This document shows positions 1 through 11,367 of a stretch of DNA of 64,000 bases, in pieces (the first letter of the stretch is position 1; each line of letters opens with the position of its first letter). The notes beneath the pieces were generated by a model. It saw only the letters and a program-made list of their open reading frames with translations, was not told where the DNA came from and searched no databases. The DNA comes from Hyphochytrium catenoides (Eukaryota; Protista; Hyphochytriomycota), in assembly GCA_900088475.1 (NCBI GenBank), contig FLMG01001375.1:1-64000 (forward strand), given 5' to 3'. A program made the position numbers and the translations under genes.

Positions 1-119
1 GAGAGAGAGAGAGAGAGAGAGAGAAGCGAGAGAGAGAGAGAGAGAGAGAAGAGAGAGAGCGAATAACAATATCCGTCTGAGTCCTTCCTGTCAGGACCAT
101 CATCTACCTGCCGCTTACC

Positions 120-1030
120 TCCTTCAGTTTCCCTCTCGACGTCCTCGTGCTGCTCCTCTCCTCCCTCCTCCAGCTGTTGTTGCTCTCTTCTAAGTGGGCT
201 GTTGGGGTTGAGAGAGTAGTCAATGGCCAGCGGGATGAGCAGCATGAGAGAGAGAGTGAGCACTGTCGCATAACCCACGTAGCTCTGTTGGAGGAGCCAG
301 TAGAGGAGAAAGAGAGAGGCTATCAGCGTGAGAACGGCGCGGATTTTCTCCACTGCGGGAGGAAGATCCGCTGCTTGTCTCCTCTCCGCCAGCGTCATGG
401 CGCGGCCCCTCCTATCTGTCGGTAACACTTCGTCCTCTCTCGTTTTCCGGTTTGTCAGAATAGAGTCTTCAAGGCAGTAGAGCTCCTGGGAAGGGCCTTG
501 AAGCTCACGATGAGCCAGAGATGCCTTGGTATTGATTTGTCAACCGTGAGGGGAAGCAAGAGGAGGAAGAAGAGAGCTAGCAGCTGTGGGGCTGGAGGGC
601 AAGAGAGAGGAGCAGAGAGAGAGGGAGAAAGAAAGGGGAGAGAGACAGAAGTGGGGAGCCAGCCAAGAACGAAGCAGGAGAGAAGAGCCAGTAGGAAGTA
701 GGGAAACAGCGCAAGGGAGGAGAGAAAGAGGGAAGAGTCAAAGAAAGAGAGATGGAGAGAGCGTGATAATAAGAGAAAGAGAGGGAAAGACAGGGAGAGA
801 GAGAGAAAGAGGTCATCACTTTGCCAGCTCTGAAGATTTTCGACTGATCCCCTGCCTGATAATATTCCGGGTAGCAAAGGCTTGTTCACAAAAACAACTG
901 CCGCATTAGTCCAAACGTGTACCTCCTCAGACCGGCCTGGTCAATCTCTAACCTCTCACCAGCGCTTCTGTCCGTTAGCGGTAACTGTCCGTTAGCGGTA
1001 ACGATAACGCCAACCGACGCGCCTGGAGAA
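120..1030 (-). CDS. Partial multi-exon gene, unknown membrane protein; continues past window start, 5' exons uncertain (possibly up to ~2300)
   Basis: Open minus-strand exon ~526-120 (ASLAHRELQG...AVLTLIASLFLLYWLLQQSYVGYATVLTLSLMLLIPLAIDY...ERETEG) ends at a GTAAGC donor and has two hydrophobic stretches. Flanking tracts are CT-rich on the minus strand, as in other introns here. Confidence 0.45.
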
Positions 1031-1091
1031 AGTACGAAGGGGAAGGAGACAGAAGAGAGGAAACAGAGAGAGAGAGAGAAAGAGAGAGAGA

Positions 1092-1122
<31 letters not shown>

Positions 1123-2215
1123 TGGAGATGGAGAGAAAGAACGAGAGGGAACAGGGAGAGAGAGAGAGGTAGAGAGTTGACTGAGAGAACAGGAGAGACA
1201 GGACTGAGAGGAGACGAGAGAAGGGAGCAAGGAAGGAGTAAGAGGAAGAGAGAGAGTTGAAACGTCCTGGTCCTTGCGAATCAAGGACGTGCTCCCAAAG
1301 AGCTCATCTGCTAACCGAGGGACTGAGGAACCACCGCGCTCATCTGCTAACCGAGGGAGAGAAGAGAGAAGAAAGAGAGAGAAAGAGAGTCAAAGGGAAA
1401 CAGAGAGAGACCCCAAGAGAGACAGAGAACGGGAAGAAGAGCAGCTGAAGACCAATATCTCAGGCCATCACGTAGGTCCGGATCACATATAATGAGAAGG
1501 AAGGCCAACGGAAAGAGGAAGTTGTGACCTATCATCCTGCTGCGAAGATTGCTCTCTTTCCCCTTCCCATCTCCGCAACCTTCTCCTCTTTGTCTCAATC
1601 GCCTGGTGGAGCAGCTTGACGGATGAGTCGAGCTCTAGCCATCGAGCCACGAGGCGACAACAACGCCATGGAGGGCGCGCAGTCACCGTCCCGAGGGGTA
1701 CGTCCGACTTTCTCTCTCATTCACCGCCATAGATCTCCATCTCTCTTCCTTTTCTGCAGCAATGACGGAGCCGACGTTGCCACTTGGTCCATAACCTGAC
1801 TTCTCTTTCTCTCTCGTCTCCGAGCCTCGCATAAGCCTCATACTCTCTCTTTCTCTCTCTCTTGCCCTCGATATTTCTCTCTCTCTTTCCCTCACTCTCT
1901 CTGTCTCTTCGCGTCTCACTTTCGTTGACCTTCTCGCTCACTCTAACTCGCGCTCTATCCCTCGCTTCATTCCTCTTGTTTGTTCCTTACCCAGTCTTTC
2001 AAGATTAGAGGCTTCCCGTCAGAGTGGAATCCGACGCCGATCCGCCCTGAAGATGTTCCGCTCTCCCCCGGGAGAAACTATCGCCCTCTCTCTGCAGGTA
2101 TTTGGTGTCGTGGGGAAAGATGATAGTTATCTTGAAGCAAGGACGATGTAGACGCGAGAGAGGGAGGGAGAGATGTAGAAGAGCGAGAGAGAGAGAGAGA
2201 TGTAGAAGAGCGAGA

Positions 2216-2248
<33 letters not shown>

Positions 2249-2528
2249 GCGCCGAGAAAGCGGAGTCGACGGACCTTATGAGAAGGATTATGATGTCTGT
2301 CGGCTTTTATTCTGTTGGCCTCTTGCTTACTTCCGCCCTTGTGATACCCGCCCTGCGTCCTCTCTCTGTCTGTGGCCTCCTTTTTCCCCTTTCCTTTCCC
2401 CGAGCCTATCACTCGTCTAGTCTCATTTTTTCTGCCTGCAGTCCTACACAGCCTAACTCTCTTCTCTATGCTTGCATGGCCCAGGCTTGCGCACTAATGC
2501 GGACGTTGTGCCGAAGAAAGTGTCGACA

Positions 2529-5500
2529 ATGACCCTCGAGGATATTGAGCAAGAGTTCCAAGATATTATCTCTGAAGAGTTCTTGGTGAGACCTCTTCTC
2601 TCTAGAATGTAGAAACTATTTGCGCTAGTCTGTCCGCTTAGCTCCCTATTTCATCTCTTTCTCTCTCTTTCTCTTTCTCTTCTCGGACAACCTTACAGAG
2701 AAAGTCTCCCTATCATGCCCTTGAGTTCACGTCTCATCCTTTCCTCCATTCTATCAGAAGCGCGAATCGGGTCAGGACAACCTGTTTAAGGTTAGGAGCC
2801 TGGAACTCCGCACTATCGACAGCACGGAGCAATCGCTCGAAACTCTGGGTACCCTCCTTCCCAACCTCGAGCAGCTCAAGCTAACGGACTCGCTCCTCCA
2901 GAGCTTCAGAGATCTAGGGACCTCGTTGAATAATCTGAAGGTCAGGGAGCTCTCGCTCTCAGTCGCACTAGCATCAGTAGTCCTTTGCTTTTTTTTTCCC
3001 TTCTCTCCTTCCTCGGTCTCTATCACTCTCAGGGCGCTTTCCCGTTGGCAAAAACGCTTCTCCCTCCAGTTCCCATAGCTCACTTCCAATCCTATCCTTC
3101 TCTCTAGTCCTAGTTGTCTTTACCATGAAGATGCTGCTGACCCTTCGACTAGCTTGAGCTATACCTCTTCCGTTATAATGGCCCTTCGCTTGCAGAGCTT
3201 CTGCCCCTCTCCACTCTCCTTTTCGTTAACTGGACACTACGAGCTCCTATTCTAAGTTTTGAAAGGCCACTGCTCCCAACTCTAATCCCTTACTCTTCCG
3301 TCTCGCTCATTTTGCCCACTTTCCTGGTATGTGCTCACCTGTTCGTTCTCCTTGTAGATACTCTGCATTCCATCTGCCGGGATAAGAGAGCTTGATGGCA
3401 TCAGTGCGCTCTCCTGCCTGAGGGAGTTGATACTCCCAAACAACAAGATAGAGGATATCTCTCCCTTGTCTCTTCATGACTCAATAGAAGTGCTGGACCT
3501 CGAGGGTAACAGACTTAGGGACCTGTACCAACTGGATCAACTCGGTGAGTCACTTTAGGCAACGTCCGAGCAGAGAGGGAGGAAGAGGGAAGCTTGAGAC
3601 CAGTAGCAGAGACTCCTTACCAGGGAAGAGCCTTTGCTAGCCGCATCTCATCGAATGCTGTCTCCATGTTCCCCTCTCTCTCTGCTCTCCCAGCGTCATG
3701 TCCCAGGCTTCGCACGATGACTTTAAAGCGGAATCCTGTCAGTCAGCTTCCGTCCTACCGGCAGATTATGGCTCATCTGGTACCACAACTCAAAATTCTG
3801 GATGACAAGGCTCTGACACCAGAGGAGAGAGTGAAGGTATGATGGGTGCTTCCTCGAACCAGTGTACCTCCGGGCCTGCAGGGGACGAGGCAGCTTCGGC
3901 CGTGCTTTCTCCCTACGTCCACTTACCTTTCCTCTTATTGTCCTTTGTCAAGCTCCTTGGTCAACGAGGCGGCCTTGGTCTGCGTCGGGGGCTATGGGCA
4001 CCTTGTACTTTCTGTTTCCTTGCTACTTAAGGCCAGAGCCTCTTCCTGGTGTTCTGAATAATCCCCCTGTCGACCCTGTCACTCATACATCACCCATTAT
4101 CCACTAGTTGAGCGAAGAGGTTCTCCAAGAGGAAGCACTAGATGATTGCCTGCAAGTGGATTACTCAGCTCTTGATAAGGCGGCTGAAGCCACCCAAGCT
4201 CCTCCCTTGAGCCCTTCCCCCTCCAAACTGAGACAAAGGGGATCTTCTTTCGCAGTTGCCGTAAGGACCTTACCTATCTAGCGGTTCCATCTATCTATCC
4301 ATTGCCTTGCTTTCGCTTGCATGACACTGGGTGTGCCGTTATCCCTGTTATATCGATGTCTTTCCTGTTGGATCGTACGGTTAAGGACTAGGAGAGAGAG
4401 ATGTAAAAGAGTGAAGCAAGATCGCCTGAGCCTCTTCAGTCGTTTTCCTTCTTCGCACTTATCGGTTGAAGTGCAAGGATGTCTTGCTCACTGCATCCGC
4501 TCTAATCTCGTGTCTCACTTGGGTCTGCGTTTGCAGAGCCCAGGAAGCGAAGATAAGAGCGGAACGGGAAGCACACTGACATATGGCAGCGATGTCGTGT
4601 TTGCGGGCAATGCAGCAAATGCGCTCAAGCAGAGGCGGCGGTCAGAGAAAGAGGTCGCCAAGCAGGAAGAGGTAAGACCTCGTGGACAAAGCTGGGGCGT
4701 GGGCAGTGGAGTTTAGGCTAAGGAAGTGAAACACTGAGCAGGCTAGTCAAGCCCTGAACAGCGGCCACATATCTGCTTTTACTGAGTTATGGTGCTTTTT
4801 GCGGTGTCATGCAGGCACGTATATCTATAATGGAGACGCTAGACAGAGCGATGGCGATGGAAAGACTTCCTCAGGAAGACAGGTTCCGGGAAATAAAGGC
4901 ATGGAAAGAAGAGACAGATGCCCTTCCTGCCTCTCTGTTCGACTTTTCTTCTCCTCCGCCGGCTTCACCTGCCAGTCCAAAGGCTAGATTGCAGCAGAAG
5001 CGACCGGAGGAAAACAATGAAAAAGATACCGGCCGAGGTCCAGACAGCCTGTCGACATCTCTCTCTTCTTCTCTTACCTCCTCAGCTCGTGGGAGCCTAG
5101 TAGGAGGAGGAGGAGGGAAGGAAAAATTGCGAATTGCAGAGTTTGACAAGCTTAGGGCCATTGGAATGCCGGAGCCTAAGATGATGATCACACCCAGAGA
5201 GGAGGCTCTCTCTCAAGCAAAGCAAGAGGAGGATGGTCATAACAGCGATGATGAAGGGAAGAACAAGCAGGCTGGCTCGCTAAGTGCAAGGTAGGAGAAG
5301 GGCAAACAAGGATTGACCGGAGCAATTGGACAGTGGAGTATCGTCTGCTAGAGTGAGAAGCTAGTTACCGTGCAACAGAGCCAAAGTTTAGAGACTGGTC
5401 GATGGCTGCAGGGATAGGACTCAGAGCTTGCATCTCACGAGACAGAGAGAGGGAAGAAAGAGAGATGGACCTGATTCGTGGTGACCCCTCAACTCTCTTT

Positions 5501-6244
5501 TCTCTTCTTCCCTGATAACAGAGGTGCAGGCATCCAGTTCGATCTCTCCTCAGGTCTGGATGAGATCGATAGGTGGACCAGGTCAGAAGGAGAAAATGAA
5601 TCTGACGAGGGCATCACGCCCTTCAATATCTATAGGGCCACAAAGCATCTCTCTTCTTCTCTGTCTATTTCTTCCTCGCAGCCGAACAGCGGTGATAGGG
5701 ATGTAGCCAGTGGGGTGAGCCACGAGAGTAGGATGGAAGACTTTCTTCCCACGCCTTCTTCTTCTTCCTCTCCTAAGAGGAAAGTCATTGCTAGCGGTAG
5801 TCCAAGCTCCATCACTGCCACACAGAGCACTTTGAAGTCCACTGCCAAGAGCCCTTCCAAGCCTACCGCCCGGAGTAAGATAAACCAGCGCTCCACCCCC
5901 GAGCTTGCGATCTATAAGTGAGACAAAGGATATATATATATAATAAAACTAGGACCGTACGAAGCATAATCAGTCAGAGCACCCATAGCTTCATTCTATA
6001 CCAAGATAGATCATCTACAACTGAACCTGCGGTGCCAGCTAGCAGCCAGCAAGACAACCAACAAGAGATATCGTCCGACTCCCGCAAGGTGGAGGTGACG
6101 GAACGAGAGAGAAGGGTGAGGGATGTGAAGGTCCGTCGTTCCTGCTTGGCTGCCAAGGATGTGCTGACAGAGGAAAGAGTACCTCATCTGATGAGGAATG
6201 GATATGTGATGGTGAATGGACATGAAGGCAATGTTCTCTGCTAA
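2529..6244 (+). CDS. LRRC56: Leucine-rich repeat protein LRRC56/ODA8 (outer dynein arm maturation/transport factor), multi-exon
   Basis: Spliced exons give MTLEDIEQEFQDIISEEFL|KRESGQDNLFKVRSLELRTIDSTEQSLETLGTLLPNLEQLKLTDSLLQSFRDLGTSLNNLK|ILCIPSAGIRELDGISALSCLREL...LDLEGNRL|...CPRLRTMTLKRNPV...LKILDD, plus TLTYGSDVVFAGNAANALKQRRR. These match recalled LRRC56 motifs (LPNLxQLKL, RDLGTSL, LDLEGN, LTHG..V.CGNP). The C-terminal exons and stop (5921 or 6244) are uncertain. Confidence 0.8.
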
Positions 6245-6383
6245 ACACAAATACTATCTATTCAAAAGTTAACCTATTTTCGTAATGCGCTATCCAGCTA
6301 TAGACGACACAAGCCTTGCAGCAAGGCGGAGACCCAAAAGCAAAAGAAAGACATGTACCACCTCCTATTCCCATTCCTCACTC

Positions 6384-8141
6384 TTAGGAAGAGACGAGCT
6401 CCTCATCGGAGGAGGAATAGTCGACAGAAGAAGAGTAATCCACTGGCACCATCTCCTCAGCGATATAGTGCGTCCCGCAGCTCTTCGGGTTAGTGATTGC
6501 CGCTTTGGCAATCAGCAGTGCTGTCTGCATCCCGTTGCGAAGCGAGCAGAGTTCAGATGTAGGGGCGCTCCTCTCAAAGAGAGATTCCACAGCGTGACGT
6601 TGCCCTCGCAGCTCTTCAAGACCCTTGGCCATCCCAGAAGCCGTGCGGATGGGTCCAAACTTCTCCCACATCGTCGTCTGAAGCTGTTTCCACATACGCT
6701 TAATGGCTGTCTGATCAGCCACCTCTTGGCCACGGGTGTGTCCGAAAGGCAACACCTCATTGACATTAACGCTAGATTTCTTCAAGCCAGAGATGTCAAT
6801 GTCAAGAGCTGCACTCTTCCCCCAGACAAGTCCTTCCAACAGAGAAGTCGAGGCAAGTCTGTTGGCGCCATGCACACCTGTGCAAGCAACTTCTCCAGCT
6901 GCGTAGAGGTTAGGGACAGTCGTCTTTCCACTAAGATCAACTTCCACCCCACCACAGTGATAGTGTGCTGCCGGTACAACGGGTACAGGTTCTTTGGTCA
7001 TGTCAATGCCATACTTCAAGCAGTGCTCGTAGATAGTAGGAAAGCGGTTCTTGATCCACTCCGAATCCTTGTGGCTAATGTCCAGGTACATATTCTCTCC
7101 CTTGCTGATCCCAGCTGCTTTCTCCTTTGCCATCTCGTGCAGAATCATGCGTGCTACGATATCACGTGGCGCAAGCTCTCCAGAAGGGTGATATTCCGTT
7201 GCGAAGAGCTTCCCTTCCGAGTTTCTCAGCCTTCCTCCTTCACCCCTTAGTGCTTCAGTCAAAAGAAAGCGCTTCTCCCCTGGAATGTAAAGGGTAGTAG
7301 GATGAAACTGCACATATTCCATGTTGGAGACTTTGGCCCCCACTCTTTGGGCCATTGCTACACCAACGCCCCTCGCTCCCTCAGGATTTGAGGTGTGCAG
7401 GTACAAGTCACCTAGTCCACCCGTAGCAAGGACAGTCGCCCCAGCCGTGATAAGCTCCAAGCTGCTATCCTTCGTCATCACATAAGCTCCAACGCACTCA
7501 CCCCTCCGGTTGAGGGCAAGCTCGACGGCATTGCGGCCCGTAAGTATCTCAATGTTATCGGTCTTGGACGCCGTGTCAATGAGACTCTCAGTAATCGCCT
7601 TGCCGGTGTGATCGGCTTTGTAGATGATACGTGCCCGGTTGTGAGAGGCTTCTAGAGTAAGGTCCAACTCACCCTCCTTGGTGCGCTGAAAAGGGACGTT
7701 GGCATCGTTGAGAAGGATCTCTTCAACCACTGCAGGTCCTTCCTGTCCCATTTTCATCACCGCAGGGTTGTGGCTAATGATGCCTGCACGGTGGACGTCA
7801 CTGGCTAGGAGGTCTGGGGTGTCATCCTTTGACTTGTAGATGATACCGCCCTGAGCCCAGTAGCTGTTGCAGTCCAATGGATCGGTGGAAGCGGAAAGCA
7901 TCGCTACCTTGTAGCCCCTTTTAGCTAGGCTCAGCGCTGCAGCGCTGCCAGCCACACCACAGCCCAGGACTAGCACATCAGTGTGCCTGTGGGCAGGAGC
8001 TTCAAGCTGGGGTAGCTGCTGCTTGCTCTGAAGGAGAGTAGAGAAGTTGATTCTGGGGCTCTGCGCGGCCCGTGGATTGGCATGGTAATTCTTGCCGTAC
8101 GCTTGCATTAGAGGCGAGTTGCATGTGCCTGAGAACGACAT
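6384..8141 (-). CDS. nadB: L-aspartate oxidase (de novo NAD synthesis), intronless, 585 aa
   Basis: FAD-binding GCGVAG, NSYWAQGGI, LATGGLG, QFHPT, LLTEALRGEGG, ELAPRDIVAR, PVVPAAHYHCGG, GEVACTGVHGANRLASTSLLEGLVWG, C-terminal SCGTHY. Confidence 0.95.
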   Translation of the reverse strand: MSFSGTCNSPLMQAYGKNYHANPRAAQSPRINFSTLLQSKQQLPQLEAPAHRHTDVLVLGCGVAGSAAALSLAKRGYKVAMLSASTDPLDCNSYWAQGGIIYKSKDDTPDLLASDVHRAGIISHNPAVMKMGQEGPAVVEEILLNDANVPFQRTKEGELDLTLEASHNRARIIYKADHTGKAITESLIDTASKTDNIEILTGRNAVELALNRRGECVGAYVMTKDSSLELITAGATVLATGGLGDLYLHTSNPEGARGVGVAMAQRVGAKVSNMEYVQFHPTTLYIPGEKRFLLTEALRGEGGRLRNSEGKLFATEYHPSGELAPRDIVARMILHEMAKEKAAGISKGENMYLDISHKDSEWIKNRFPTIYEHCLKYGIDMTKEPVPVVPAAHYHCGGVEVDLSGKTTVPNLYAAGEVACTGVHGANRLASTSLLEGLVWGKSAALDIDISGLKKSSVNVNEVLPFGHTRGQEVADQTAIKRMWKQLQTTMWEKFGPIRTASGMAKGLEELRGQRHAVESLFERSAPTSELCSLRNGMQTALLIAKAAITNPKSCGTHYIAEEMVPVDYSSSVDYSSSDEELVSS

Positions 8142-8589
8142 GTTGAAGCTGTTGTCTTCCTTTTCACGGAGACAATGGAAAAAAGAATATGGACCGATAG
8201 GTAGACTTGAGGAGGAAAATCCGAGCTAAACCGCCTAATGCGTGGCGGTGAGGGTGGCGTACTTCTTGTTATAGCACCAGCTAGCCTTGGCAACCATGAA
8301 CCAGCACCGTCACAGCGCGATAACGATGACCGCGCCGAACTTCAAGGTTCTCCCTTGCCGAGGGGTTATTCAATTCAGCAGAAAGGCCTCAACCTTTCCA
8401 GAGATTATGTGAAGATTTATTGCAGTTACGCCGTGACGAAAGTGTGAAGCTCCGCTGCAATTTGCAAAGTGACGGAGAGGGAGCGGCAGGAACTGTCCGT
8501 ATAGCGGCAACACCGTTGCAAGGAGAACACAAGAGAAGAAGAGAGTGGGAAGCTTGTGGAGAGGGAGAGAGGGGAAAGAGTGTGGAGGT

Positions 8590-8787
8590 GCAGGAAAGAG
8601 AGAGACAGAGAACAAGAGAGAGAGAGAGTGAGAGAGAAAAGAGAGAGACAGAGAACAAGAGAGAGAGAGTAAGAGAGAGAAAGAGAAAGAAGAGAAAGAG
8701 GAGAGGAGCGAGACAAAGAGAGAGAGAGAGAGTAAGAGAGAGAGAGACAGAGGGAGTGTGTGTGTGTGAGAGATAGAGAGAGTGAGA

Positions 8788-8828
<41 letters not shown>

Positions 8829-8850
8829 CGAGGGAAGAGAAAAGATGAGG
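8590..8850. repeat. (GA)n/(GT)n microsatellite block upstream of nadB
   Basis: Long imperfect GAGAGA tract with a short GTGTGT run. Confidence 0.9.
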
Positions 8851-9202
8851 ATGAGAGGACAAAAGGAGGGTCAGTGTCCTGTTTCGTATGGGTGGGAGGG
8901 AACTCACCAGAATATGCAGCGCGGAGCCCCCCGTCGCAAGGAGGCCCTCGCAGGAACAATACCTATACAATGCCCCCTGAGTGTGAGTGTTCCCCGAAGG
9001 TTGTGAAAAGTGCTTCAGATATCCTCCAGGACTGTTCGGTCATCTTCTACAGGAGAAGAAGAAGGATGATGACAGTCCAGGCTCAGGGCCTTTTAGAGGA
9101 TGAGGGGCGGAGAGAGGAGAATGGCGTCAGAGTGTCAGAGTCATAAGTGTCCAGAGGAGAGGAGAAATACAAAGAAAGGGGTCGCTGCCGCTCACCCCCA
9201 CT

Positions 9203-9233
9203 NNNNNNNNNNNNNNNNNNNNNNNNNNNNNNN
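9203..9233. other. Assembly gap (N run)
   Basis: Run of n characters. Confidence 1.
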
Positions 9234-10629
9234 AGGGCCCACCCAGACCCGGTTTGGTACGAAGATTGGGAATTTTTAGCTTCCAAAAGCTGCCAAAATA
9301 GCACTTCCCTTCAAGGAAAGTATCAAGGCAATTTACTCCTCACAGGATTCTTTCAGAGCTCCTTATGCTAATGCTGACTATACACGAAACCTATCCTAGC
9401 TTTCAATGAAACTTCGACCGAATCCAAAAAGTCACTTCAGACGCGGATAGTGTGGAGGCTGTGATGGACGAGGAAAGCCTTGTGATTGGGTTTTCGTAGG
9501 GCCAAGCGTTATCTTCGGGTCTACACGGGCCAGAGTCGAAGTCGCATTTTAGACTAATAAACGGCAAACAATCAAGATGGCTGCCACAAAACTCAAAGAG
9601 AAATAGAAACAGAGCTTCTTAAGGTACCGCGAATATTGTAGGGTCAATCCTTATCTGAATCCGTTGACAATCATTCTAGCTATTTATCATTCAGTTTTAC
9701 AAAAGAGGTTGGTCAACAATAGGTGTTGTTATCGCGACAATAACAGACCTGGGCGGAGAAGACTGGGACTTGCCTCAGAGTCGGAGCTTTGATAATTCCC
9801 AGATCCTCGACTTCCTACCCAACTGTGCACTTGAAGGTGATAGAACTAACAGTAAAAAGATACTCTTCCCATAATAAAACACTGGAACCTTTAGGGAGAA
9901 CTAGACATAGCAGTTCTGCTATTCCTGTCACTATGCAGGGGCGAGCCACTTTACTTAGGCAGTTGGGTGTGTTACTGCGAGGATCTGAGAACTCTATCAA
10001 AATTTCTGCAGTTCTTTTGTGAGATGCGGTTGCCCGAGTTCACTCTCGTCTTCATTAGATAACCGCGATAAAATGTCCTTTCCTTTCTTTTTTTTAGAAA
10101 ACAAAAGGATCAAAGCATTCGCCCATTATCTCATTGATGCCCCGACCTGCACGCAACATTAGTCAGCTGGGCATCGCAGATAAGGAAGAACAGTTTACAC
10201 AGTTAGTAGTAGGTCTCTGTTCTTTATTGCCATTTTTTTAGGGAGAAGAAAAACCTTACACCGCCCTTTATACGCAGAGCAGCTTCTTGCTTTACAGGCC
10301 TCATCATCGTCCTATCCGTGTTGATGATCTCATCAGCAGGCCTGTCAACAACTGGCGTCGATAGTATTATGCTTTCCCTTTTTCCTCCTAGTTTAGCCTC
10401 TCTTTATAGAGAGCTACCTCTTTTGTAGCACCGCAGGTCCAAAACTGACATCATGACACAGCCGCAGCTGTATGGTAGATGTTCTCCCAGATGCAATGCG
10501 CTTGATGCACGCAGTCAGTAGAGGTGAGATCAAGCATCTTGTAACTTCGAAATAGGTCATGCAGGCTGTCATCATGCTGAGAAATGCATAAGATGGCAGC
10601 TCTCCTAGCAGTTGCTAGTCCTTTGTACA

Positions 10630-11367
10630 AATACCGGGGTCTTCTGTTCCATTCTTCAGATCACGATGCATTGTTATCGCAATGTTACTGTACAGTACTG
10701 AAACAACAGCGACAGTGACAATATTGATCATCTACCGAGGTTTGCCAAGGCAAGCGGCATAGGTACAATGCCCAGTGCCTATGGAAAGCTATTTATCCTG
10801 GTGCTGTTCAATTTTCTCTTCTCTACTACGGCGGCTGCGGTGCCGCTGTTCAGTTTCTACAGTAAGAGATCGACGTGGGTAGCAGACACGCTTTCGTCGC
10901 GCCCGAGGGGAAGAGGGGCGCTTGGGGGCTTGGCCTTCACAGTGGTGAGTATGAGAAGATCGAGCTTGATTGGACGATTTGGCCTGATTGGTGATGGAGG
11001 TCAATACCGGGGTCTTCTGTTCCCTTCTTCAGATCACGATGCATTATTATCACAATGTTACGGTCCTGAAAAAAACGGCGACAGTGACAATATTGATCAT
11101 CTACCGAGGTTTGCTAAGGCAAGCATAGGTACAATGAATGCCCAGTGCCTAACGGAAAGTATTTATCCTGGCGCTGTTCAATTTCTTCTTCTCTACTACG
11201 GCGGCTGCGGTGCCGCTGTTCAGTCTCTAAGAGATCGACGTGGGTAGCAAACACGCTATCGTCGCGCCCGAGGGGAAGACGGGCGCTTGGGCGCTTGGCC
11301 TTCACAGTGGTGAGTATGAGAAAATCGAGCTTGATTGGACGATTTGGCGTGATTGGTGGTGGAGGTC
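10630..11367 (+). repeat. Tandem direct duplication, ~370-bp unit x2
   Basis: AATACCGGGGTCTTCTGTTCC...TCAGATCACGATGCATT starts at 10630 and again at 11003. Both copies end ...GATTGGTG(A/G)TGGAGGTC and differ by substitutions and small indels. Confidence 0.9.

Noticed and set aside
455-2412. Many ORFs rich in RERERE or LSLSLS (also ~8400-9000, 20300-21300, 46200-47000, 51700-52600, 57400-57900)
   Set aside because: They are translations of GA/CT microsatellites, which lack stop codons. No family motifs.
6285-7250. 321-aa plus-strand ORF
   Set aside because: Antisense shadow of nadB with no recognisable domain.
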